Under the pieces are notes generated by a model. That model worked only from the letters and a program-made list of their open reading frames with translations. It searched no databases and was not told the origin of the DNA. 64,000 nt of DNA from Takakia lepidozioides (lineage: Eukaryota > Plantae > Bryophyta). The translations under genes were made by a program, and so were the position numbers. The stretch lies in contig CM060733.1 of the NCBI GenBank assembly GCA_030704615.1, positions 19,220,001 to 19,284,000 of the forward strand, given 5' to 3'. How positions within the stretch are numbered: the stretch's first letter is position 1; every line of letters starts with the position of its first letter. Shown piece after piece: positions 47,831-61,132 of the stretch.

Positions 47831-49989
47831 CGTTTTTTTTTTTCGTGTTTGTTATCGTCATTCTTCTTGAATCTGCATGTACTGCCCAAAAAATCCAAAA
47901 ATATTTGTTTTGAGCTGTCTGAAGCTTCTGGAACTGGTTGAACGGATTTTCATGAAGGTGTTGAGGAACAAAAGGAAATAGATGCTACCTTTGTGAGGGG
48001 CTCACTCCAGTAGCTTGACTTACCTTGGTAGAGATAATTAGTCGGGTTTTCGAGATATCCTTTCACACAAACTTCAACTTGCTGTGTGTGAGTTGCCAAG
48101 CAAGTATACTCCAACAAGGCCAGGGCTTTAGGCTCCGCCTCAAGATTCCCATGGTATTTTTTGAATCTGTTTGGGCTTCGAGGTCTCTTTAGTCTGATTC
48201 ATGGGGAAGAAATGTTATTGACAATACACAGAGGTTGATGGAGACCGGGGGTTGGTAGAACATGAGCACACTTGTGATCACGGGAGAATGGAGTCGCGAG
48301 CACAAAATACGGCAATAGGGTACCCATGCTTCCACAGAAATAGAATACACGGGAATAGGGTTCGTATACGCAAAATTGGGGTTTTTGTCCCTATTTCTGT
48401 CCCTAAACCCTAATGCAAAATAGGCACCCCTAATGTGTATCTACAAGCTCCAAGTTCCAAATATTATTTACAACTTTGGTATCCTAAAAAAAAAAACACT
48501 TTAGGGAAAAACAAAGTCACAACAACCAACACCATCCAAAACACACAAATACGAGACAATAATTGAACAATTTAATATAATGAGGCAAACAAGAGGTTTC
48601 GTTAGCGAAATAAATCAAGGTATTAAGTCTCGCTAGCGAAATTAAGTAAAGTATCAAGTTATGCCAGTGAAATTTCAAGGTATCGTTGCATAGGTCATTA
48701 TCCAATGGTTTCGTGGACGAAACAAAATGAATTGTGTTTGGTTTTGCGTATAAGGGACGACGTGAGGTTGTTTTATTTTGCTAACGAATTGTAACGTTCT
48801 TATTGTGGTTGCTTTTGGGCGGAACAAAATGAATTGCGGTTGGTTTCTCATATTAATGATTGCTACGAGCGGACTCAATTGCACATTATTAAATATGCAA
48901 CTATTAATCAATGAAAATTGTTGATGGAGATGACACTAATGGAAAATTCCCTATGCCCCAACTTCTCACGTGAGCAGACTTACATATTTCACATTTTACT
49001 TTCGCTAAAGCATTTTCCAAGACTCTTGGAATATGTGGCATATCCTCTTCTGGCTCCCGTGAGCAGGCGCACAGAGGCGTCAGCCTGCGCATATGCTACC
49101 CAACCTCATGGAGACCCACATGGCTATGCAAATGGGGAGCTTTGGCTGCTAAGATGCTGGGTGCGGAGAAAGATTGTTCGGATCTGATTCAACACCAGTG
49201 GGCTTTGCCCAAGGTAGAGCAACGAGCAGAGCCGATCTTGCGACAACTTCTAACCTAACATTTTTAATTCTTGCACTTGCACTTGCAGGTAGTCCAATGG
49301 TGAGGTATTTGTGCCTTGGATGTGCATAACGTGGGTGATCTTGGGTTCAATCCTTCAACATGTGCCTTGAACTGTCCATTGGCCCCTCATTGGGATGTGT
49401 GTTGAGCAGTAGGCTCAATAAATTCATTGGATGTTAAACCAACTTTACTTACTTATGGTGTAACTTCACCCTGAATTGCTACTGCCTTTTCTTTGGAAGA
49501 TAATCCTTGGATATTGTCGGTCCACCATCTGCACAGTGAGTCTCTCAAATACCGTAGAGACCCCGCTAGGATTTCTTAGTTAGAGAGGATGACACCTTAA
49601 GGGGCGAGATTTCCCCCGCCAAGTGAGGATGGCACCTTAGGCCGTGTTAGGTTCCTCCTCTCGAGGAGAAGAAGCATAAGGTTCTTGCTCTTGTGAGCTG
49701 TCCAATTAAGAGAATCACAACCATCAAAATGCAAAATCCTTGCGAGTTCTTGGATCATGTCTGCGTTCTGGGTGTCTAAGGATCCCTTTGATCCACCTGC
49801 AAACACTGAATGTGCGTCAAAAAGCTGTAGCCCTAAACTACAGATTACATCCTACAGGGAATGTGAACCCACAAACCACCCCGCCACACCCGCCACTGAA
49901 GCTCGAAGTTGAGGGGAGGCACGTTGAGGCGAAGAATCGCGGCCGTTTCCTCGCTTCCGCAACAGCCCCTGCTCGAATTCTTTGACATG

Positions 49990-52900
49990 TAGCTCGATCT
50001 TCAGACCAGCTAAGGGCGACTTTGGGGCTTTTTGAGTCTGACGAGCGTGGACACGAGAAGTACGATGAGCGGGATCGCCGCCAGACCTCGGCGAGGCCTG
50101 TAGCGCCGCCAACTTAGTGGAGGTGTTGGCAGTAGCGACAGCGGTAGCAACGCTAAGCGAGCAAGCGGCTGCTGTGCAACAGTGGGCCCCACGCCGGTCA
50201 GGCGGCCTCGATCGGCTCGTCCCCCAACTCGTTCAGCCCCGACGCTGTACAGGCAGCCAACTCCAGCCCTCACCACAACCCCTTTACTGCCTACTCCACC
50301 ATCCCTGGCAGTTCGCTCCCCAGAGCAACGAGAGGTGTTGAACACAGCCGCAACTGCTCTTACTGGAAGACCTGCTCATCTTGGAAGACCCCAACGCCAA
50401 CGTACCCCTACCCCTAGCTCACATGTTCCTGATGCGCACCAGAGTCCAAGCTCCAGACACCAAGTTCAAGAAGAGTCGTCATCTTCACAACGGTCTTCTC
50501 CACCGCCGATTCCAGGTTCTTCCATTGGCGCCCCACCGACCGAAGAACTCCCATAGTGTCTGTTGAGCCCTCCCCCACTGCGCCTCTTAGGTAGGGTTCG
50601 AGGTCCCACGCCAGTCACTTCTCCTCCAGGTTCTCCATCCCATTCTTGGCAGCGGCTTCAAGGCAGCCCAACTCCTCTTGGTCATGAGCCTCTCCACGTG
50701 CCTTCTTCTCCAGTTGTGCAGCCTGCATTGCCGACCCCATCACTCTTACCCCAACAGCAGGCGCCTCTCCCATCAGACCGTACCCCATGCCCAGCTTGCA
50801 GTCGTCTTTTTGCGCGCATCAGAGGGCTTGCGCGACACCAGCGCACGTGTGCGGCTCTTCATCAGTCCCACACAAATGATACTTCTCCATTTCAGCCCAG
50901 TGTCTTGCATGCGCCACCTCCTGCTCTGCTTGGCATTGGCTTTCAGCGCTAGATGTTCTGGGCGCATTTCAGCTAGGACTGCCAAGGCCTCGTCTTTATA
51001 CAAGAATTCCGGTGGCACTACGTCATGAGGTCCAACTGGCACTCCGTGTACCCTTAGACAGGCTGGCTCGTGATCCTGATGATATACCAGCATGGTATTT
51101 TTTCTTGTTATTTCCTCAGTGGTGTTTGGTTTTGCCCCCTCGTGGCGGTCAGTCAGGGCACAGAGAGACGCGCATCCGTCTTCGCCGTTTTTTATCTGGA
51201 GATTGGGCGAGTCTGCAAGATGAGCATCAATTACGGGCACTAGCCCTTGTGGCATGCGCCTCTCCCGCTTCCTCCACACAGCCACCCTCATCGGCCCACA
51301 GGCGACTTCGTCATAGTCTTATGTTAGGCCGCGTTGGTGAGTACTCACGCGTGGCCAAGGCTTTAGCACCTTCCTCACCAGCGCCTCCATCGCCGGATAC
51401 TGTCACTGCCCTCGAAGCCCTTCACCCATCAGCTCAGGATATTCTGCCGTTTTTTGTTGAGGACTTCGAGCCAGACCAGGATCTCAAGCTAGATCGAGAG
51501 GTCTTCACTCAGGCCTTCACGCGCAGTCCCCATCTTGCAGCGGCAGGTCCTTCCGGTCTCCTGTATGAGCACTTACTCGACTGTTTCTCTCCACAGGACT
51601 CTGCTAGTGGCTTCTCTCAGCTATTTTAGATTTGCTCCTTTATTGCTGCTGGCCGTATCCCTGCCCCAGTGGCCCGTCTCCTTGGGGCCTCCAGATTGTT
51701 GGCCATGAGCAATCATTTTGTCACCCAACTCTCTGCCGTGGGCCTTTCAATGCAACCTCGCAAATGTGCGGTGTGGTCTCCGTCCGGTCTCCCTGTAGAT
51801 TTTGTCCTCCCTGCTCACTTCATTGCTCCGCCCAATGGCATCAGAATCCTAGGAGTCCCTTTTGGCACCACCCAGTTCACAATGTCCTTCTTGGAAGATG
51901 CACTCCACCAGGATGCCACCCACGCCGATCTCCTTCCTAGGCTCGGAGATGTACAGGTAGCATATGGAATCTTGACCAAATGTTTCCTTCAACGTCCCTC
52001 ATATCTCTTGTGCACTGTTCCACCCAGCCCAGATTTCCTACACCTCTTATCTGGGTTTGATACTACCATGATGACTATCTTCGGGAGATTGTTAGGACCA
52101 GGAGCTCTGGAGGGTGCTCAGGGACTTTTGCCACGACAACAAGCCACCTTGCCCATCTCTTCCGGTGGTGTGGGTCTTTTGTTCACGGTCACTACCGCCC
52201 CGTCAGCTTTCCTCGGCAGTTGGGCATTGGTGGTGCCAGCCCTCACTTCACGATTTCTCTGTGACCATCGTCCCATCCTTATGGACGATGTTGCACATGT
52301 CGACAGTGGCATTTTACCCTTCCAGCAGCATCTCCGCTTTGCACGAGATCTTCTTCCGGCACCGGCGCGAGCATGTCTACCACCATTTGAGCAGTTGGTT
52401 GCTCAAGGCCTCGACTATCTTTAGGAGTCCATTTCCGAGCACGTGCACCGTCATTTCTTTTCCAGCATGCTCTCAAGTGCTTCTTCTGAGTTGCATCGAG
52501 CCCGATTTTTATCATGCGCAGGACCCGGAGCAGGGGCATGGTTGACAGCACGACCCACTATCGCACATTTTCGCATCTCATCCCTTATTTTCACTACTGC
52601 GCTCCGCCTTCGACTCGGTTTGCCTCATCCTTCGGCATTGGGCCTTCAGCGCTGCGTCTGTCTTCAGCCCATCGATGACCTTGCCATCCATCTCCTCCGC
52701 TGTCCATGTGGTGGTGAGCGCACTGCGTCTCATGATATGGTTCGCAATGCGGTGGCATCTATTGCTCGGGAGGCATGGTATCATGTACTGCGTGAGCAAC
52801 CACATCTACGACCCACGCTCACGTCCCACTCTACACGCCGCCGTGTTGACATCGTCATATCTAGAGATGGTTTGCGTACCTTAGCAGATGTCGTTCTCGC

Positions 52901-53410
52901 CGACCCCACTCGAGCGGATCTGCTATCTCGCGCAGCTACCACACTAGGCACGGCAGCCACTGTAGCAGTCCAGGCCAAGGAGCGCGACTACAACGATCGT
53001 CACCCCACCGACACATTTCTTCCACTGGCGGTCGAAATAATTGGCTCATTGCACCGGCACTTCGATGATTTCCTGCGGACATGTGCACATCATGCAGCCA
53101 AGAGCGGGTCCACTGGCATCCCACATGCCTCCGTCCTTGTCACCTACTATCGACAACGTGTTTCAGTTGCTTTGCAGAGAGCACAAGCCATCTCTATTTT
53201 GCATCGGGCTGATGTGGCTAGCTCCGCGTCATCTCATCTTCCGCCTCTGCCTGACACTTTGCCTATCTCCTTGCCTGATCTCCTCCAGGCTGTTGGCTGG
53301 GAGGGTCGCTCTGCTTGAGTAGTTTACTATAGCTTCTACGTCGCTGATTGAGTAACTTACTATAGCTTTTGTTTTTTTCTCTAGCTGAGTAGCTTACTAT
53401 AGCCTTTTGT
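49990..53410 (+). mobile_element. CRE-clade-like non-LTR retrotransposon with a restriction-like endonuclease; RT core deleted; 5' limit uncertain
   Basis: C2HC finger CPACSRLF..GLARHQRTC and RT flanks (AAGPSGL, GLSMQPRKC, GIRILGVPFG, QATLPISSGGVG, GAGAWL). C-terminal CVC..HLLRC..SHD..RVDIV..ADV..KERDY..PLAVE..G. The 3' tail has three TGAGTAG(C/T)TTACTATAGC-type repeats. Confidence 0.85.
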
Positions 53411-54168
53411 TTTCTTCTCTTGTTTCTTGTTCCCCCCCCCCCTTTTTTGGAACTTCACATCATATGCACGTTCATCCATTGTACATGTTGTAAATAAAGT
53501 CTTACAGGGTTTCATCACAAACTCTCTACTTCAGTTGTTGTAAAGTGTTAGGGCCATTCCATTGACTTCCTTGTCCCAAATAGTGAGTCAGCTAGTCTAT
53601 GTTGGCTCTGCAAGCAAGGCTTGTTGGGGCTTTCATCCCCTTTCATAACAAAAAAGAAAAAGAAAAAGAAAAAGAAAGGTGTTTAACCTCCAGTCTGATT
53701 TGTAGAGCAAGTGCCAGGGATGCAGCAGCCCTGCAGAAAGTGGGGCAGGTGTCACTGAATCCACACGCCATCTGGATCTGCACAACAGTGCATTTACCAA
53801 TTCCTTGTCGCCCTTGGATCTCATCTCCTTTTGCTAGGAAGCTGTGCATCTGCCAAGTGGTGCAGTCGCCAATTGGGTCTTCTTCAATGTCATGGAAGTG
53901 AGCTGTGCGTTATGTAGCCGATGGGTTGGGCGTGAGAATCTGATTCCTGTGCTGTGTGTTACCTACTTCACAATCAAACGTGCTTTGTTGGAAGGATGGG
54001 TGGAACTCTTTTGCTGTGACATGATCGAAGTATTCCAGTGTTTGAGCACAGTTGCGCCCTAGCATTTCAGAGAATCATCGGAATGCTTGTAAAATTTCCC
54101 ACGCCCGGCTTAACTGGAATGCTTCAGAGCAACTGAGAAGAACTATTTTTACGGGTGCTACTAGGAAG

Positions 54169-57100
54169 ATGGAGGGGCAAACATTACGCACTCTGCTACG
54201 ACTCTCTCACAATGGTGGGACAAGTCTTCGCGCATTCGCATCCAGTCTGATGGGTGCCCACTCTGAATTGGTTTCATCTCCGCTGCAACTCAATTCAGAG
54301 AATTGCGGATGTCGTTCAAGCTGGTTTGGAAATGATCCAGACGAAGGTCATTTATATGCGCGGTCCAGCATGCAGCATCCTCTGTTTGCAGATATGGCCA
54401 CTCATATTGCAAGAGGTTGGAGCAATAAACTCCAAGGGGGTTCACTTGGACAGAGCATCCGGAGCGAACGCCGATGGAACAGCACTGTGGCAGGAGGATT
54501 GAAAGGGGGAGAGGCAGATGTGGTTATCGTGGGAGGTGGTATTGTGGGTCTAGCCACAGCGCGTGAGATTGTAATGCGCTTTCCGCAAGCCACAGTGGTG
54601 GTAGTGGAGAAAGAGAAGGATCTAGTGGCTCATCAGACCTCTCACAATAGGTGGGCCCCCCCTTTTTTCAGCCTTTCTCGATGTGTCCTTGCTGTCCATA
54701 GTGCTCTCTCTTTTATATCTGACAAATATCATTATGCATAGTTTGGGATGGATTAGATGTTGTCTTATGCTATTTGAGTTCTCTAGCTGAGTAGCCATCG
54801 ATATAGGAAGTGAGATACTGCAAAGGATGGTGTGAGAATCTGAATCGACCCAGCGTTATTGGCTCGCACTCTGGTGTGCACACTTTTGCAAGACTTGCAC
54901 ACAACAGCCCTTCATATGCATTAAAGAGTAACTAGACTCCTCGTTGCAGGGAAATTTATTACTGGTGTTTTGTGCTTATGTTCATGTTACTAACATCAGA
55001 GTCTCAGAGATGCACTTCTATATTTTCCGTCAATAACAGGTGAATCTCTCTTTCAGGTACACTCCTCCAGTGGCTCAGGTTCACTGTCTTCCACTGTTTG
55101 ATTGATGCACAGTTAGATAGGTCTGTTTGAAACCACCCAGCAGTTTTATACTCCAGAAGCATTTTCTAGTGTCAGCAGTTCTTAGAACCATCCAACTTCA
55201 AGACTTGAGATGCATGCGAATATAAAATGCATGTCTTGAGGCTGAGACGGATGACAATGGCCAGTGGAGTGATTCATGCAGGCATTTACTATGAGCCAGG
55301 AAGTGCTATGGCAACCCTGTGCGTGGAGGGGGCACGTCGCATGTATGAATACTGTGAGAAGAAGCAATTGCCACACAAGCGAGTGGGAAAGCTCATTGTG
55401 GCAACAAGAGATTCAGAGATACCACTCTTGGATGATTTATACCGGCGAGCCAGTGCTAATGGAGTGCAGGGCCTGGAACTCCTATCACCCAAACAGATTC
55501 AGGACTTGGAGCCCAATGTGCGAGCCCTGAAAGCCTTGCACTCACCAAACACGGGCATTGTCGATTATGCAAAGGTTGGCCGATCCTTTGCCGAAGATTT
55601 CCTTTCAAGTGGCCATGGCCAAATACGGACTGGGTTGGTGGTCTTACTTCCATCATCTTCTGTCACCTACTGTTCTATTGTATGGTGTGTTGGAAGTCTT
55701 GAATTTTACTTGGAACTCAGGGACAACACGAGATTTGCATGTACCGATCTGATGCACATGTGCCACTCTATAGAAGAGGATGCAGATCTTGTATTTTCTC
55801 TCTTTCATGAATCAAGACATGAACAAATGCTGAAATGGAGTATAATTCCGCAAACCTAGCAGATTCTACAGTAGCTATGGAAGTTCTGTTCATGGTTTCA
55901 GGTATCCGGGGAACCTCTTAGTATTACTTCTGTTTTTATCATGAAGGCTCAAGATTAGAATCATTGTGCTCGTATTCCCTGGCCCCTTGTCTCATGCCTT
56001 GTTGGTGCTTCTATAAAGTGGCCAAGTCACAGAACAGCTCTCAAGTGTGTCTGGCTGTTTTCAATGGCATCTGTAGTGTTTGCCACTAGATTGACAAGGC
56101 TCCTTAGACTCGAGGCGTTTTGGAGGAGAGATCATGGTATGCTGTGACAAGACAATTTTGTTGACTGTCAGAATGTTTTAGGCTGCAAATTTGTATTCTG
56201 CTTCTGGGACAGTGGTGTCTGTCGTTCCTTTGCAGCAGCCTTTGGAAATAAATTGCAGTATGTATCTGGTATGTCAGGAAGTGATGTGAGCAGGGATGTA
56301 TGGCAGGTTCAAAGTGACAGATATAGATGTAGACGAGAGCAAAGGAGTGACAGTGAGCAGCGAATCAGGAGAGACAGTGAAGGGAAAGTGGCTTATTACA
56401 TGCGGAGGGCTGCAGGCCGATTACATTGGCCACATGGCTGGCGGTGCCAAGGCCCCTACAGTGTTACCCTTCCGTGGGACATATCATGAGCTCAAGCCTG
56501 AGTTCTGCAACATCATCACACGCAACATCTATCCTGTGCCTGATCCTAAGTTTGTCTCAAACTCTTCCTCACTTTATGTTTGTACACTCAATTCAAAGTG
56601 GTGGCTTCTTATCTTTTAGGGTCATGAGTCATGACATCATATCTTCTCACAAGTTTATAACTTCGGTGACCACTGTGTGAGGTTAGAATACCAAGTGCAT
56701 GGAGGTGTACAGTTGATATACGTTGTGTATGTTGTCTTGGTTATGCACTTTCTGGGAAAATGTGGATGCAAAGATTATGAAACTTGTTCTCTACCTCTCT
56801 CGCATAAGCACTGTTCAGACTTTCCTGGAACTTATTGACACTAGACACGATGAGAACTAGGCTCTCGTGTTGTCTAACTCCGCTCCAAAATTGTTTCATG
56901 ATACCTTGTGAATGTGTGCATACTACCCAGGTGGAACAGCTCTTGGGCTTGCTGAGCTGTAGGAAATCTAACATAAAAGCTGGGGTTGAGAATTGCAGGT
57001 TTCCAATGGTGGGGGTGCACATGACCCCACGTGTGGATGGGCGTGTTCTTATCGGCCCAAATGCAGCACTGGCTTTGTCAAAAGAAGGCTACAAGTTTTG

Positions 57101-57599
57101 GAATCTCAACATCAAGGATTCGCTGTTATTTGCAGTCAACAAAGGACTCTGGAAGCTGGTTTTGGGCAACCTGGGGATAGTGTTTCAGGAGGTGTGGCAT
57201 GACATCAACACTTGGGCTTTTGTTGGTCAAGCTCAGAGGTATCTTGCCATCCTCCCAGGTTCTATAGCGAATTCGGACATTACTAGCTCGTTTCTGTCCC
57301 TTGTGTTTGTTTGAGAGATCAAGGCTGACGGGGTTGGACGGCTTCACAGGTACTGCCCAAGTTTGCGAGTGTCACAGACGACGTCAGGGTGGGCAGGGGT
57401 ACATGCAGTGGCTGTAGACGAGTCAGGCAAGATCATCAGCAACTTTCTGTTTGAAAATGGCAAGGGTGGGTTGGTCCTAAATGTGAGGAATGCGCCATCA
57501 CCCGCATGCACCTCCTCCTTGGCAATTGCAACCACAGTAGTAGACCGCGCCGAGCATGACTTTGATTGGAAGTCCAAAAAACCATTTGTTACCACCTGA
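54169..57599 (+). CDS. L2HGDH: L-2-hydroxyglutarate dehydrogenase/oxidase, mitochondrial. Exons 54169-54650, 55265-55633, 56307-56549, 56999-57238, 57350-57599.
   Basis: FAD motif [76 protein letters not shown] and [14 protein letters not shown]. All GT-AG junctions keep the frame. Confidence 0.93.
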
Positions 57600-60500
57600 A
57601 CATCTTTGCATGGATGGCACCTGACAAGGTCCAAGGGATGGCAGAAACATGAATCATCCCTTCGTTGGAGAGTCAGCTGATTATTGTAAAGCACAAAATA
57701 AGAAATGTGGTCTGCCACACATGGTAGCACTCGTGATAAAAGTAGGAAAACTGTGCACAAGGAGTGTCATCAACTTGGAAAGTTGTGCTCTAGCACTCTC
57801 AATCTATGCAGGAGATTGAAGGCCTTGCAAAGCTGCACAATGGCCCTCAGCAATAAACTTTCCCGCTAAAGAGCTTCAGCACATAGCAGCATCACCAAAC
57901 ATCCTTTATGCAAGAAGCTAACACTTGGTAGTGCATTTCTGCATTATTCACACAACGCAAGCAGTTCTTAACTTTCTAGTGGAGGGCCGATTTGATGTGA
58001 CCACACTAATTGCAAAGTCGAAAGTGTTGGAGGTCGTCTAGTTTGTGGTGGCTATATCAATGGAGCAGTATGTGCATAGAGCAAGGGAAATCAGTAAACA
58101 AGCTCCGATCACTGAGAGATTAGGAAGGGAAAAAAAAAAGCCTAGCAAATCCCTGTTTGATTGTGATAGCCATGTTGAGACTAATCAGGGAATCCGTTTC
58201 AACCACATTCTCAAGCCCATATTGCAAACAGTTGACATGAGTTGAAGCAAGCGGAAATGTAGGCTAACATCACTCGGGCTCTCCTCCGCACACGTACATA
58301 ACTCTATTGTTGCTGGTTTCTTCCCCCTCATCCCTTCACTACTGTGCCCACGAACCTTAGGCTAATAAGTAAGCAAGAGCAAGAGGGTTAAGCAAGAGGG
58401 TTATGTGCAAAACTCGTCTTCCTTGGAGAGCAGGTTTCTCTGGGTTCTGTTGCTCGTGACCCATTTGATGCACATAAGTCACCGCAGGCACGATCATCAC
58501 GTATCATTACTTCTCAAAAGTGACGCCTAGCTCTGCTCCGCCATTTGGGCAGGGCCTTTCTTTCTTGCATAGGTGTGATAGAGAAGGCAATAGAAGATTA
58601 TGATCTTTTCATGAAGGAAAACAAGACAGAAGCATTGTGCTTACTGAAGGCAAACCCTGGTCTCTGAAGAGTTCCGGCGTGTAACGAAAGGAGTGTTTAC
58701 TTTGTCCTCATAAAGTGTACAGCCCTGGTCCTTCGGTGGTGGCAAGGCTAGAAAGGAGTAGCCTGCCATCCATCCATCGATCGCCTCGGCCGCTGTAATA
58801 AAAGGTAACAGACTGATTTATGGGGGGAGTCAATCACACACCAAGCTCATAACTAAACTGCTTCAGCTTCAGCTTTCCCCACCCTGTCTCTGCACTCATG
58901 CCAGGCCATTACACCACGTGGGCTGGATGTTGAGGAATTGAAGTCAAATCACTGGGAAGAGCTCGTATTTCGGATCTCTTTTGCTGTTATCTTCGTCCAT
59001 CTCAAGCTCAAAAAGGAGCGTTAGGATCTTCTTTTGCTGCTTAGTTCTTGCTGCCTCCCTGGTTTTCGCTTGTCCTCACTTCAGTGACTCAGTCCCTGAC
59101 TTTGTTTTGCTGTTGCTCTGTTAAGTCTGTTGGGACAACAGAGTGGTTGTCCCGTCGCTTGTCAAGCATTCATGGCTTCTGGAGGTTATTTTTCCCTCCT
59201 TGTTTCAATCAATTCAGGGCGTTGCCCCTTTCTCCACAAAAAAAGGATCACATGGACCCTCATTCAAACATTTAGGCAAGCTGTTTAGGAGGCAAAACTT
59301 AATGGCGCGTGAAATGAGGTATCTCCTTAAGCCATCTATTTTTCAAGTACCTACCGCGGCATCAGGGAAACACGGCGGGAAACCCATGTTTTCACTGTTC
59401 AGTCAGTGATGTGTGGCTTTGGCAGGTAGGTAGGAATAAGTCTGGCAGCAAAAACGATGGAGTCCCTCTGTTGCTAATGAATGCACGCCGCGCAATGAGG
59501 GAGAGGCTGACCCTACTCTGCGCTGTGCCAGTCCAGAGTATGACTACCTAAGCTGGGTTCAAATGTTCAAATCCACAAAAGCCCAAGAAAGAATGAAAGT
59601 GAACAGGACGACAAATTCGGCCCAAATCTTACAAGAAAAACGATCCGGAGGTCTGGAAGACTCGGATGCTACGACGCTACCCACCGCATTCTTCTCTGTG
59701 AGGCCATAATGCAACTGTTGAAATGCCAGTGTGGAGGTTGGTGATGTGTTGAATACATAATAATTGGGGTGGTGGCTGTGTAGCCATCCGACAGGACGAG
59801 AGCCATGCATGATGCAAGGGACTATTTTATCGCGGAGCTCGCAAATGAGCCATTCTCACGGTTATTGGTTTGGTTTGGTTGGTCGTTCAGGCCTGGATTT
59901 GGAGGGGACAGGGGGCCTTTTATGCTGAGGCAGAGAAGGTGCAAACACAGTGATTATGGCTGCTGCAGAGGTAGTGCTGGGCCCTCCAGACTCCTGTTGG
60001 TATGTAACTTAGTCACCAGTAACTGGTGAAATCAGCAGTCGTCACGTTGTGCAATGTGAACTGCACTGTTCCAAGTTGGGTGTTGTTAGTTATTACTGTC
60101 CTTCCAACAGTGGCGTCATTACTTCCGTCACAGTTGTCCTCATAGCTCCCTCTCTTTGCTCTATGAAGTTTGGTCCAACCAGCAAGCTTTGCGGACGTCC
60201 CTTGCCGCACACCCTGCTTCTACCACTCGCTCACATCTACTACTTGAGGGTCAGCTCAGACCTGGCGAGAGAGGAGAGTTCCCTGCAGTTCATTTGGACC
60301 TGGTGTGTGGAAGGAAGAGAGCAGCAGCAGCAGTATATCACAGAAGTGAACGAGGGACCGAAAACAGGCAGGCGACGCAAAGGAACAGGGCTCAGTAAAC
60401 TGTGGGCAAAGGATTTACGGAGCTATGTCAAAGGAGGCAGGTCAATCTGAACGTATGGAGTTGGGAGGAATAGTCTAAAGGGGAAAATATACCTCTTGAA

Positions 60501-61004
60501 AAGTAGAAAGCATCCAGAACTAGATGTGTAGAAATCAGGAGAACCAAGTATTTTGGAAGACACCCGGTCCAATTTTTCTGCCAGGAAAGCACCAATCTCG
60601 TCACGTGGGGGATCTATTTCTCTTTTGAGGATTGAAGGAGAACTATTGGGTAGCATGGAAGGAGCTACAGCAGTGAGAGTAGGGTCAGCAGCTGCTGCGT
60701 CCACTTCTCATCCATGCACTGCCAACCTCTCCAGTGTTCGTCTCCTTCGAAATGCGCAGCGGGCCAATTTTTGTTCGTGTCCCAGGTGGGTGATCGGGAA
60801 TGTGATCTGAGTATGTCTTTCTTGGCCGTCCACACTACTGTCTGTCGGCCAGGCTTATTTGCAGGGATATCATGTTGGGCATTCACAGATATGAAGGTAC
60901 TTGGGTCTGAAGGTGCATGACTCTTCGATAAAATAATCTGCAACATTGTTACTAATAGATGGAGGGTTTGTAAAGAGCTGCACAGTTTCGTGATGGGTTA
61001 CATC

Positions 61005-61036
<32 letters not shown>

Positions 61037-61132
61037 GCAACCTTCTATCCTACTCGCCGTAGAATTTCAGGTTTTGCATGGCAGGCTTATTGCCAGGTTG
61101 GCACATCTACATCTCGCAAAGTGTCTGCGTTC

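Noticed and set aside
57700-60950. Short ORFs between L2HGDH and the thioesterase
   Set aside because: No recognisable domains; probably intergenic, UTR or intron sequence.
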